This document shows, piece by piece, positions 1 through 12,994 of a DNA stretch of 64,000 nucleotides. The first letter of the stretch is position 1. The number at the start of each line of letters is the position of its first letter. Source of the stretch: Mobula birostris (Eukaryota). The stretch is from the NCBI RefSeq assembly GCF_030028105.1, contig NC_092375.1:182191250-182255249 (forward strand). Direction: 5' to 3'. The notes beneath the pieces are model-generated. The model did not search any database. It was not told the origin of the DNA and saw only the letters and a program-made list of their open reading frames with translations. Made by a program: the position numbers and the translations under genes.

Positions 1-2120
1 AACACTAGTTTATTCTTGTGGGACATCCCATACTAACGGAGTAGGAATTCTTTTGGATGAAAACATGGCAAAAAATGTTTTAGGACATTGGGCAATATCA
101 GTAAGAGTGCTCCTTGTTAGATTCAGAGGACAACCATTGGATTCAGCAATTATACATGTATATGCACCAACAACAGATGAAGCAAATGAAGATATAGATA
201 AATTCTATGAAGAGCTTGAGCAAGCAAAGAATGGATGCAAATCTCAAGATATTGTTATTGTCATGGGAGGTCTAAATGCTAAAGTAGGACAAGGTACTGA
301 TGGAAATACCATAGGAAAATTTGGATTAGGGGAAAGAAATAAACGAGGTGAGAAATGGGTAGAATGATGCACGATGAATAATCAGGTGATTATGAATACC
401 TGCTTTAAAAACCATCCAAGACACTTGTGGATCTGGAAAAGTCCAGGTGATAACACTGGAAATCAAATTGACTTTATTACCATAAACCAAAGATTTTGAA
501 ACTCAGTGACTCAATGCAAAACATATCCAGGTGCACACTGTAATAGTGACTATAACCCAGTAGCATGTCATGTAAAAGTAAAACTTCAAAAAAAAATAAA
601 GAAGCAAAAACCTGAACAATCCCTTAACAACTTGTAATTAAAGAAAACTTAATACAAAAATTTAGAATTGAAGTAAGGAATAGATTTCAAAGTCTAGAAA
701 TAGCATCTGTTGAAGATGATAGCAATCATGTAGAAATGAAATTTAACTCTCTGAAGGATGCCTTGGTAGAATCAGCAAAGTCAGTGATTCCTAAAAATGA
801 AAAAAGCACAAAGAATAAATGGATGACAGATGAAATCAAAAATCTAATGGAAGAAAGGAGACAAAAGAAAGCAAATCCTATAGAATACAAGTCCTAAAAA
901 AAGTTAAAAGCTTATGCCAAAAAGCCAAAGAAGAATGGTTAAACCAGGAATGTGGGCAAATAGAAAGAATCCCTATTACTGATCCAAAAAGGTTACATCA
1001 ACAAGTCAAGAATATTACTGGTAAAAAGCTCCTCTGTTCTTCAGGTGGATGTTTGAAAGCAAAGGACGGTACCATTTTCATGGAAAAAGGTGAGATTATG
1101 ATCAGATGGACTGAGTGTATTCAGGAATTGTTTGAAGATCGAGGCGAAAAACCAGAAATTAAGAAAAACATTGAAGGTCCATGTATTTTAAAATCTGAAG
1201 TTCGTAATGCAATAAATAAGATGAAGAAAGAAAAGGCAGCAGGTCCTGATGAATTAGTAATAGAACAAATTATCGCCCTTGAAGATTATGGAATTGAAAA
1301 ACATACTGATTTAATCAATGACATTTATGAGACTGGAATAATACCAGAAGAGATGAAAAAAATCAGTATTTTTCACTCTTCCTAAGAAAGCTGGAGCAAT
1401 AGAATATCAATTACATAGCACCATAAGTTTAATGAGTCATATCACCAAGATACTTCTAAGAATTTTGATGACAAGAGCTAAAAGTAAGATACAAGCTGAA
1501 ACAGGTAAAGAACAATGTGGTTTTGTGAAAGGCAAAGGTACAAGAAACGCAATATTGATGTTAAAGATACTATCAGAATGAGCTATTCAAGAGCAAAAAG
1601 ATTTGTTTGTTTGTTTTATCGACTACACAAAAGCATTTGATAAAAGTGAAGCACAATAAGTTACTTGAAATATTACAGAAAACTCTAGATATAGATTCGA
1701 AAGACCTCCGCCTAATCAGAAATCTGTACTGGGAACAAACAGCCGCTGTAAGAGTAGATGGAGAAGTGAGTCAGTTTACAAAAGTCAAGGGAGGTGTTAG
1801 ACAAGGGTATGTTTTCTCCCCTGATTTATTTAATGTGTACAGTGAAACAATATTACAAAAAATAAGAGACATCTTGGGAATCAAAGTTGGTGGTGAAAAC
1901 ATCAATAATTTCAGATATGCAGATGACACTGTGTTAATGCAAGTGCAGAGGAAGAACTACAAAATTTAATTGATATAATTGTTGAGGAAAGTGCAAAAAT
2001 GGGTCTATCTATCAATTGCAAAAAGACAGAATGTATGGTGATATCCAAAAAGGAGGATTCTATCTGCAGGCTGAGAATAAATGGGAAAGACATAAAACAA
2101 ATACAGAACTTTTGCTGCTT
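1..2120 (+). mobile_element. RTE-clade LINE, 5' part (APE endonuclease + RT), degenerate
   Basis: VYAPT, GLNAKVG and GKFGLGERN endonuclease motifs; KAAGPDE, GVRQG and RYADD RT motifs; frameshifts and stops. Confidence 0.9.
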
Positions 2121-5100
2121 CAAGTCGTCACTTTTTATTGTCATTTCAACCATAACTGATGGTACAGAACATTGTAAAAATGAGACAATGTTTTCCAGGA
2201 CCATGGTGCTACATGAAACATTACAAAAACGACACGGAACTATGCAAGAAAAACACAAAAAACTACACTAGCCTACAGACCTATCCACGACTGCATAAAG
2301 TGCACAAAACAGTGCAGGCACTACAATAAATAGTAATAAATAATAAACAAGACAGTAGGCACAATAGAGGGTGTAGTAGGTTGGTGTCAAGCCAGGCTCT
2401 GGGTATTGAAGAGTCTGATGGCTTGGGGGAAAAAACTAACTCCCACATCATGAAGACCCTGGAGAGACTTGTTCTGGAGCTGCTCCGGCCTATGGTCAGG
2501 CCACACTTAGATCCCCTCCAATTCACCCACCAGCCCCGACTAGGAGTTGAGGATGCCATCGTCTACCTGCTGAACCGTGTCTACGCCCACCTGGACAAGC
2601 CAACGAGCACTGTGAGGGTCATGTTTTTTGACTTCTTCAGTGCGTTCAACACCATCCGCCCTGCTCTGCTGGGGGAGAAGCTGACAGCGATGCAGGTGGA
2701 TGCTCCCCTGGTGTCATGGATTCTTGATTACCTGACTGGCAGACCACAGTACGTGTGCTTGCAACACTGTGTGTCCGACAGAGTGATCAACAGCACTGGG
2801 GCTCCACAGGGGACTGTCTTGTCTCCCTTTCCCTTCACCATTTACACCTCGGACTTCAACTACTGCACAGAGTCTTGTCATCTTCAGAAGTTTTCGGATG
2901 ACTTTGCCATAGTTGGATGCATCAGCAAGGGAGATGAGGCTGAGTACAGGGCTACAGTAGGAAACTTTGTCACATGGTGTGAGCAGAATTATCTGCAGCT
3001 TAATGTGAAAAAGACTAAGTAGCTGGTGGTAGACCTGAGGAGAGCTAAGGTACCGGTGACCCCTGTTTCCATCCAGGGGGTCAGTGTGGACATGGTGGAG
3101 GATTACAGATACCTGAGGATACAAATTGACAATAAATTGGACTGGTTAAAGAACACTGAGGCTGTCTACAAGAAGGGTCAGAGCCATCTCTATTTCCTGA
3201 GGAGACTGAGGTCCTTTAACATCTGCTGGACGATGTTGAGGTTGTTCTACGAGTCTGTGGTGGCCAGTGCTATCATGTTTGCTGTTTTGTGCTGAGGGTA
3301 GCAGACACCAACAGAATCAACAAACTCATTCGTAAGGCCAGTGATGTTGTGGGGTTGGAACTGGACTCTCAAGGTGGTGTCTGAAAAGAGGATGCTGTCT
3401 CAGTTGCATGCCATCTTGGACAATGTCTCCCATCCGCTACATAATGTACTGGTTGCGCACAGGAGTACATTCAGCCAGAGACTCATTCCACCAAGATGCA
3501 ACACAGAGCAGGATAGGAAGTCATTCCTGCCTGTGGCCATCAAACTTTACAACTCTTCGCTTGGAGGGTCAGACGCCCTGAGTCAATAGGCTGGTCCTGG
3601 ACTTATTTCATAATTTACATATTACTATTTAACTATTTATGGTTTATTACTATTTATTATTTATAGTGCAACTGTAACAAAAATCAATTTCCCCCAGGAT
3701 CAATGAAGTATGACTACGACTATGACTATGACTACATAGTCTGGTTGTGAGAGCCCGAATGCTTCGGTGCCTTTTGCCAGATGGCAGGAGGGAGAAGAGT
3801 TTATATGAGGGGTGCGTGGGGTCCTTCATAATGCTGTTTGCATTAGGGATGCAGCGTTTGGTGTAAATGTCTGTGATGGCGGGAAGAGAGACCTCGATGA
3901 TCTTCTCAGCTGACCTCACTATCCGCTGCAGGGTCTTGCGATCCGAGATGGTGCAATTTCCGAACCAGACAGTGATGCAGCTGCTCAGGATGCTCTCAAT
4001 ACAACCTCTGTAGAATGTGGTGAGGATGGGGGTGTGGGAGATGGACTTTTCTCAGCCTTCGCAGAAATTAGGGACACTGCTGGACTTTCTTTGTTGTGGA
4101 GCTGGTGTTGAGGGACCAGGTGAGATTCTCCGCCAGGTGAACACCAAGAAATTTGGTGCTCTTAACAATCTCTACGGAGGAGTCGTCGATGTTCAGCGGA
4201 GAGTGGTCACCTCGTGTCCTCCTGAAGTCAACAACCATCTCTTTTGTTTTGTTTACATTCAGAGACAGGTTGTTGGCTCTCCACCAGTCCATTAGCTGCT
4301 GCATCTCCTCTCTGTATGCTGACTCATCATTCTTGCTGATGAGACCCACCACAGTCGTATTATCGGCGAACTTGATGATGTGGTTTGAGCTGTGTGTTGC
4401 AGCACAGTCGTGGGTCAGCAGAGTGAACAGCAGTGGACTGAGCACACAGACCTTGGGCACCCCCTGTGCTTAGCGTGATGGTGTTGGAGATGCTGCTTCC
4501 AATCTGGACTGACTTAGGTCTCCCAGTCAGTAAGTCTAGGACCCAGTTGCAGAGGGAGGTGTTCAGGCCCAGTAGGCTCAGCTTTCCAATCAGTTTCTGA
4601 GGAATGATTGTGTTGAATGCTGAACTGAAGTCTATGAACAGCATTCGAACGTACCTGTCTTTTTTGTCCAGGTGGGTTAAGGCCAGGTGGAGGGTGATGG
4701 CAATGGCATTGTCTGTTGAACGGTTGGGATGGTACGCGAACTGCAGGGGGTCCAGTGAGGGGGGCAACAGGGTCTTGATGTGCCTCATGACGAGCCTCTC
4801 GAAATACTAGATGATGATGGATGTGAGTGCAACGGGACGGTAATCATTGAGGCAGGACACTGAAGACTTCTTCGGCACAGGGATGATGGTGGTGGCCTTG
4901 AAGCAGGTAGGAATGATGGTGCTGCTCAAGAAGATGTTGAAGATGTCAGTGAGAATATCTGCTAGCTGGTCTGCACATCCTCTAAGCCAGGAATATTCTG
5001 CCAGGAATATTGTCTGGTCCAGCAGCCTTCCGTGGGTTGACCCTGCGCAGGGTTCTCCTCACATCGGCCACGGTAAGACATAGCACCTGGTCATTTGGAG

Positions 5101-5210
5101 GATGGGTAGTCTTCCTCCCCACCATGTCATTATCCACCTGAAAACCGAGCATAGAAGTTGTTCCGTGTATCTGGGAGGGACGCATCACCTGCATAGTCAG
5201 GCGATGTTGA
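2121..5210 (-). mobile_element. Rex-Babar-like LINE inserted in the RTE (itself interrupted at 2438-3733)
   Basis: [30 protein letters not shown] and IIKFADNTT on the minus strand. 3'UTR and polyA signal at 2121-2437. Possible 5-bp TSD tgctt/tactt. Confidence 0.88.
2438..3733 (+). mobile_element. 5'-truncated Rex1-like LINE with (GACTAT)n tail
   Basis: SHIMKTLERL, FFDFFSAFNTI, GAPQGTVLSP and LQKFSDD motifs; tail tatgactacgactatgactatgact. Confidence 0.9.
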
Positions 5211-5796
5211 TACTTAGGAAGCTGGATAACTTCAGCTGGCAGATGCGACACAGACATCAAAAGAAGAATAGAGATGGCAAAAGACACCTTTATGAGAATG
5301 AAGAGTATACTGACCAATACTAAACGAGACATGACAACCCACCTCAGAGTACTGAAATGTTACGTTTATCCAGTTATGTTATATGGCTCAAAATGTTGGG
5401 CAATATCTAGAAACATGAGGAAAAGAATTGAAGCAGCAGAGTTATGGTTCTTGAGGAGGATGCAAAGAATATCATGGACGAAATGATTATCTAATGAGAT
5501 GTCATGAACAGAGCAAACACAAAAAGAGGAATAATGTATGAGATCATGAAAAGGCAACGTAACTTCATTGGACATGTGATTAGGAAAGAGGAGTTAGAGT
5601 GCATGGTAATTATGGGAAAGATTGAAGGGAAGAATGCAAGAGGAAGACAAAGACAAATGATGATGGAGACAGCCGCCAGAGAACTGGAAATGAATACCAA
5701 TGAATTGATCCACTTGACCCGAAACAGGAGTATGTGGGCCATGGTCGTCAAAGCTCAAACCAGGCACTGCACCTGATGCTGATGATGATGATGATG
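5211..5796 (+). mobile_element. RTE-clade LINE, 3' part with (GAT)n tail
   Basis: Resumes at YLGSWITSAG, the continuation of ...IQNFC at 2115. Contains GKIEGKNARGR and ends in gatgatgatgatgatg. Confidence 0.9.
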
Positions 5797-6393
5797 GGGT
5801 GTTAGCTTTCATAAGTCGAGGGGTAGATTTAAGAGTAGCGATGTAATGATGCTGCTCTATAAAACTCTGGTTAGGCCACACTTGGAGTAATGTGTCCAGT
5901 TCTGATCACCTCACTATAGGAAGGATATGGAAGCATTGGAAAGGTTACAGAGGAGATTTACCATGATGCTGCCTGCTTTAGAGAGTATGCATTATGATCA
6001 GAGATTAAGGGAGCTCGGGCTTTACTCTTTGGAGAGAAGGAGGATGAGAGGAGACATGATAGAGGTATACAAAATATTAAGAGGAATAGATAGAGTGGAC
6101 AGCCAGCACCTCTTCCCCAGGACACCACCGCTCAATACAAGAGGACATGGCTTTAAGGTAAGGGGTGGGAAGTTCAAGGGGGATATTAGAGGAAGGTTTT
6201 TTTATTCAGAGTGGTTGGTGTGTGGAATGCACTGCCTGAGTCAGTGGTGGAGGCAGATACACTAGTGAAATTTAAGAGACTACTAGACAGGTATATGGAG
6301 GAATTTAAGGTGGAGGGTTATACAGGAGGCAGGGTTTAAGGGTCGGCACAACATTGTGGGCCGAAGGGCCTGTACTGTACTATTCTATGTTCT
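5797..6393 (+). mobile_element. CR1 LINE 3' end
   Basis: YKTLVRPHLE, LERRRMRGDMIEVYKI and TRGHGFK motifs; 3'UTR gggccgaagggcctgt with tattctatgttct tail. Confidence 0.9.
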
Positions 6394-6749
6394 GATAAAT
6401 TCCTTCTTTAAGGAAACAATCACACTCCTACCATAGCTACTTGTCAGACGCAAGTTCCAAATCCCAATAAAATGTTAGTAAACTGCTATAGATTCAGAGA
6501 GAAATTAGAGTGGTTAAGTTTTCTATGCTGAGCCAGACAGGCATGGAAGTAAAAGTAGTGCAAAGGAGAAGATGGCATTATCTTCCCGTGGAATCACGGA
6601 CAGTGCTGGCTGTCCACTCCATCTCTACATCTCTTCATTGTGTATAAGATGATGTGTAGACAAAGTGGACACCTAGCACCTTTTTATCCACGGAGGCAGT
6701 GGGTAATACAAGAGGTCATACTTTTAAGGTGATCGGAGGAAAGTCAAAT

Positions 6750-7310
6750 CAAATCACAGAAAACTAGAGCACAGAAAAATGCCATTCAGTCCATCTAGTC
6801 CATGCCAAGCTATTTAACCTGTGTAGTCCACCTGTACCCAGAACATAGCCCTCCATACCCCTCCCATCTGCATACAGACTTCTCTTGAATGTTGAAATGG
6901 AGCTCACATCCACCACTTCCACTAGCAGCTTGTTTCAAATCCCTCCACCCTCTGTGAAGAGGTTTCCCCTCATGTTCCCCTTAACCATTTCACCTTTCAG
7001 CCTTACCCCATGACCTCCAGTCTTAGTTTCACCAAAAAAGCCTGTTTGCATTTACCCTATGTCCCTCATAATTTTGTACACCTCCATCAAATCTCCCCTT
7101 AGTCTTCTATGTTCCAGAGAATAAAGTCCTAATCTCGTCAATGTTTCCTTATTACTCAGGTCCTCCAGTCCCAGCAACATCCTTGTAAATTTTCTCGGTA
7201 CTCTTTCAATCTTTTTGCATCTTTCCTGTCAGTAGGTAACCAAACCTGCATACGATATTACAAATTAGACCCCACCAATGTCTTATACAACTTCAATATA
7301 ACATCCCAAT
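6750..7310 (-). mobile_element. CR1 LINE 3' fragment
   Basis: Reverse complement of the CR1 ORF2 C-terminus and tail. Confidence 0.75.
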
Positions 7311-7669
7311 TCACCCAATAGATGTTCTACGTAGACATAGACAGTTGGGATACCTGTCACAGATTCTGTACACTTTTGGGAGTGCATTTTGAAAACATCT
7401 GTTAGATATATTCTTTTAAAAAAATTCAGAATGATATTAGTTTTAAATATTACCATATTTTAACTTTTGTAGGAACAGTTGTAATATTAACCTAGGGCAA
7501 AAGAAATTATTGTTGATATTAAAAACTGTTTCATCACCAACATTAATTTTCAACTTGATACTGGCATGTTACTAGTACGTGATAACTTTTTTCGTATTTT
7601 TGCACCTTCCTGATCATTGATTTAGCTCAATTACTAACTGCTAAAACTTGTTAATTTGGTGTCTCATTT

Positions 7670-8010
7670 GTAACTCAGTTCATGGCATTTTAATCTGAGT
7701 GGAAAGGTTAAAAGTCCAACTCTAAATATTTGAGTGCAAAAAAAAAGAGACAGCTTCATTTTCGTACATTGGGAGGACTGTATCAAAGATTTGATCTCTG
7801 AGATGTCTGCATTCTTCAGATGAATGAAAAATAAGTTTCTTAATCAACAGAGAAAATAGTCACCTGACCATAACCAAATGCTTCTACCAAATGGAGCTTG
7901 ATGAGTGCAAGTTAGCTTCTGAATTCCCTTCTTGACAACATTATAGCATGCACTGAAAGTAGTTCATTGACTACAAAACCTTTAAAATATGAGGTTGCGA
8001 AAAATAATTA
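7670..8010 (+). mobile_element. Ancient Deu-domain SINE remnant (SacSINE1/AmnSINE1-like)
   Basis: Diverged ggagcttg..tgcaagttagct...aaagtagttcattgact...gaggttgcgaaaa, resembling the DeuSINE 3' region as recalled. Confidence 0.45.
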
Positions 8011-8334
8011 CAGGCACATCCTCAGTAAAGCAGCCAGCAAAATCATACACCCAAACATTCTCTCCTCTCCTCACTCCCATTGGGTAGAAAATACAAAAGC
8101 TTGAAAGCACATACCACCAGGCTGAAACACAACTTCTATCCTACTGTTATAAGAATATTGAATGATCTCTGACCTAACAACCTACCTTGTTGCAAATCTA
8201 CTTAGTTGCAAATATTTTTAAACCACAATATTGATTACATAATGTAAACTGCCTCTTCAGTCCACACTGAAAAATTTCTGTTTTGGAGAGTTACCATCTG
8301 CTGGATAAGTGACTAATCAGAGTTCTATATGCCT

Positions 8335-8636
8335 AATTAAAAATTAAAGTCTGTCCCGAGCCTTGTGGCCCATCAGGCTGGTGCTTATGCCAGTTTCTGT
8401 GGCGTGAGGCAACTGAGAGTACGAGACTTCCCCCCCCCCCCCCCCCCCCGGATAGGATGCCAGTCTATCGCGAGATTAACCCCCTGCACTTGCCGGTACC
8501 CATTTTCAGCTAGGTGGACTGGAACAGTGTGTGTTTAAATGCCTTGCTCAAAGACACAACACGCTGCCTTGGCCGAGTCTCAGACCCACGACCTTCAGAT
8601 CGTGAGCCCAGCGCCCTAACCACTTGAGCACGTGCC
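8335..8636 (-). mobile_element. tRNA-derived SINE with CORE-like body (family A)
   Basis: Head GGCACGTGCTCAAGTGGTTAGG (A box), then GTTGTGTCTTTGAGCAAGGCA...CTGAAAATGGGTACC; TTTAATT tail; TSD atatgcct/atatgctt at 8327-8334 and 8637-8644. Confidence 0.85.
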
Positions 8637-10263
8637 ATATGCTTGGTAGATGGGCAGAAAATACAGTTATATTGTAGAAAGAGTAAGGAAGTTTTCAAAT
8701 GCAATATTTTATGACCAACTTGGTTTTCAGAATGATATTTCATTCGTTGGAGCAAACTTTCTGGCTTCTATCAGTAATTAGCTTCTGATGCTATTGGGTT
8801 TGCTGACTATGAAATTCTAAACTCAGATGAAGAGCTGAAGCCGTATCAGATATAAATAGCCATAAATAGTGCCCCTAAAGGGAGGTTATACTGTAACTAC
8901 CCAATCTTCAATGACTATTACGCTTCTCTGTTTATTCTCCATGGCAAGTTTGGCCGCCAATACCCACTACTCGAGTGGTGGGTCCCCCTTCCCTACCAAT
9001 AAGACAGCACTTCCAGCTAACAAAGTAGATTAAAACACAGTTCATTTATTTTCCGTGATTTGCATTTAAATCCATTTAAAATTCAGAGAATCTCTATCTT
9101 AAACATTTCCAAATTGCAAACAATTTCTAAAACACAAAGCATTTCCTAATCATAAATCATTCCTAAAACAATTTCTATAAACTAAAAAGTTATCCCACGA
9201 TGCAGATGAACAAGTTATCTGTTGCAGAATCCAAAGCGGGAAGAATGGATTCTAACTCAACCCGTATTTCTTCCACATTTCTTCTTGATGCCCCTTACTC
9301 TATTCCTATCATTTGGATGACTTCACACACGTTACATTTCCTCAGATAGCTTTTTAACACAGTCTAAAAGCATCTTGGAGACATACACCTAAACTAATGT
9401 TCAGAGTTCACTATTAATGCTGTAAATGCTGTGAAGTTAATTTCTTTGATTACATAAAGCCTCAGAACTATAAACTCATCAGTTATTGATATACTAAATG
9501 ATTATCCATCTGTTCTGCAAGCTTCCATGAACTAAACAACTTAAGAGTCAGCTTGTCTGTTCGAAACAGACCAAAATAAATAATGCATTGTTTTAAATTA
9601 CACCTTGACTGGCAATAAAGAAGGTGCTGTCAGCTAACATTTTACTTCTCGCTGATAGAGTATCTGTGCTATAAACAGAGCTTTCTTGCAAATCTGTGTT
9701 ATTAACGTCAAGCTGATTTACATATCAGCAATTTACATTTTAAGAACTGAAGACTAACTCCCATTTACAAACAGAAGTTAAACAAAGCAATATTATTTGG
9801 AAGTTTACTTACAACTGTTTGTGATCTAACAAATGGTAGCTGCTGTGTTTAGAAAGCCGAGATTAGTAAACAAACCAGGAATGAATATCCATCACAAGCT
9901 GACATGTAGTATACAAGGTTAGAATAGAAAGTGAAGTGTTAGAATACTCTCTAATGCACAATAAACAATTGTAACTCCAATATACAGAATTTTAAACTTA
10001 TCATAATAATTAGTATTCGGGGAAAAAAGCAGAGAATTTTACATGCATACCTGAAAGTTTGCAGGTACTAATGGGTTAGGAAATACTGTAATTTCAGAGA
10101 TTGGCAGCAGAAAATTGAAAGTATAGACACACCATGAAAAGATAAAACTACCATGCTCTTCAATATTAGTTCATGGATCTTAGAACCATGAATGACAGAT
10201 CAAAATATTATTCCAATTGTTAAGTGACTGGGAGCTGTGGAAGAAGAGTTAACTATTCATGTA

Positions 10264-10688
10264 CAGTACTATGCAAAAGTCTTGGGCACATATATATAGC
10301 TAGGGTGCCTAAGACCTTTGCACAGTACTGTATTTGTTAATGTGGAGCAGAGAGCGAGTTCGTAAATCTGGAGGGAACAAAGGATATTGGGAAGGGTGAG
10401 GGTGGAGTGCTACAGGAGGGGTATGTTACAGGTGGCAGAGGAGTGCCAGAGGTGGGGTGGTGGGTGAGGGTGTGACATGGCCCGAGACACCCGGCAAGGT
10501 CATTTGATTCCAAACAATTGATTTACAGAATGCCTCTGGTGCTTCCCACTCTCTCCCCTCTTCCTTCCCCTTTTCCCAACCATGATTCTCCTCTCCCTGT
10601 TTTTTTGCAACAACAACAATACCATGGAATCCATAAAAGTTCTACAGTACTGTGCAAAAGCTATATAAACGTGCCTAAGACTGCACAC
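10264..10688. mobile_element. Composite Tc1/mariner-type MITE with palindromic TIR modules at both ends
   Basis: TA|CAGTACTATGCAAAAGTCTTGGGCAC...GTGCCTAAGACCTTTGCACAGTACTG|TA module at 10264-10330 and a second decayed module from 10645. Interior is the reverse complement of 23190-23455. Confidence 0.8.
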
Positions 10689-10892
10689 AAATCACCAAGC
10701 TAATGCATAGGTAGAAACAAAAACTAACAGCAAGTCTGCCTTTATCTCGTGGTTCGTAATAACAAAGTGATATTATATTTCAGTAATACAATGTTCAAAC
10801 CTCTAATTATGATTGCTGCATTATGTTTTCTGCACCAATATCAAAAAGGTAATTTAATTATAGGCAGAATGATATCAATATGTGAAAAGGTT

Positions 10893-10933
<41 letters not shown>

Positions 10934-10964
10934 CAAACTGTATAGTCTTCCTAGTCTGCAATGA

Positions 10965-11580
10965 ATGCCATAGATGTGTGGTGGAGAGTGTATTGACTGG
11001 CTGCATCACAGTCTAGTATGGAAACACTAATGCTTTTGAATAGAAAATCCTACAAAAGGTAGTGGAGTCGGCACCGTACATCACAGGTAAAGCCCTACAG
11101 CTATTGTGCGCATTTATGTGAAATGCTGTAGTAGGAAAGCAGTATCCATCATTGGAGATCCTCACCACCCAGGCCATGCTCTTTTCTCACTGCCACCATC
11201 AGGGAGAAAGTACAAGAGCACCAGGACTCACACCAACAGGTTCAAGAACAGTTACTACCCCTCAACCATCAGGCTCTTGGCCAAAAGGGAATGCTACACT
11301 TACTTGCCCATCCATTGAGATGTTCCCACCACAAATGATCTCACTTTAAGAACTCTTTATCTTGTTATTTCATGTTCTCATTATTCATTGCTATTTGTGT
11401 ATATCTGCATCTGCAGCTTGCTGTCTTCTGCACTCCAGTTGACCTTCCATTGATCTCGCTATAGTTGCTATTCTATACTATTCCATAGATTTGCTCAGTA
11501 TGCCTGCAGGAAAATGAATCTCAGGGTTGTATGTACTGTAGTGACATATATGTATTCTGAAAATGAAATTTACATTGATC
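10965..11580 (+). mobile_element. Rex-Babar-like LINE 3' end
   Basis: ESVLTGCIT, DPHHPGHALFSLPPSGRKY and RFKNSYYP motifs; 3'UTR shared with 19330-20250. Confidence 0.8.
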
Positions 11581-12994
11581 TTCGAGTTTTTGATGTTATT
11601 AAATCAGATTTATATGACGATGATAAAAAATTATTTTTCAAGGAAAAAATTCAAATCCTTTGTCTGATAAGCCACAAGTCCCTTGGTACAGAGGGTTAAT
11701 TTCTTTAGCACACCTGTTGCTGCTGTTGTTGTCAGCGTCTCTGAACAGAATGATGAGGGAAGCCTTGAAATCTTGCACCAGGACGACATATGTTCATCAG
11801 CTAATTCTGCTGTATCGCCGTCTGCAGTAGATTCATTGCTTTTGTTAACTCAACAATTGACAACTTTATTGACAGATACCCGTTTCATGGTAGATATCAA
11901 GTAACTGCTGTGTTCAAGGTAGTGGTACCCTCAGTAATCTGAAACAAAATGTTTCAAAGTCATTGTTGAATTTCTGGAACATTGGGCTTATAATATAAGT
12001 TTTATTTTGGTAATATCAGATAGAATTATAGATTAGGATCTAGGGCATACGGTGAAGATAAGTTTAGGAGCATATTGACATCTGAACCACCATATGCATG
12101 CTCTGACTTGTGAAAAAAAAGTTGGAGTAAGGTACCAGTTCAGACTTTGACTACTGAACAGACAAGATACGTTAACGCTGCCAACAATGCCCCTCCTCTC
12201 TATGCCATTTGTAAAAGCTACACATATGGAAAGCATGGCACCGTAGCCTTATCTGAAGCAAAATCTAGAGATAATAACTGCCAAAGGCAATATTTCTTAC
12301 AAAGGTTCTAAGCACATTATCAAAGTATGTATGCAGTATACAACCCTGAGATTCATCTTTCTACAGAGAGCCATGAAACAAAGGAACACCATGGATCCCA
12401 TTGAAAGAAAACATCAAACACCCAACATGCAACAACTACAAATTCTGGTGGAAGCAAAAGACAGGTTGATAGTTTGCATGCCATGTGAACTCTGTAATGT
12501 CCTTTGATATTTGAGCTGGAGTTGTTCTTGAAGGAGAAGTAGGTCTCAGATAAGGCTGACTGCCACTCTCCCAATAGAGGGAACAGTTTCAGAAACTGAC
12601 TTAAGTTGCCAACCAACTTGGTATGTTAAATCCAAGACGAGGATGATCAAACAGAATTTTAATCCTTTTGTGGTTGTTTTTCCCCATAGAACACACATAA
12701 TCATGTTTTGGTTTGTACTCCATTGTAGCAGACAGCCAAAATGCCAGATGCTCATGAATCCATTCAGGCTCTGTTGTTAGGAGGCTTCTCATTCGGCCCC
12801 AAGTCATGGACCCAGAAGATTCTGCTTGCCTCCTAAGCATCATTGCTCATTATTTCCTATTTTCAGTAAATGTAATCACAATAACTCTTACACAATATCC
12901 TAAAATTGTTTCTTTGGCGCAATAGCCAGCCATGTTCATATTGATGACAGGGAAATCAAATACCATGCAGTCAGTCATTAAAACTTTGTCAGTT

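Noticed and set aside
10895-10929. Long poly-T run (also poly-C at ~8430-8449)
   Set aside because: Simple homopolymers with no associated retrocopy; their length may be a sequencing artefact.
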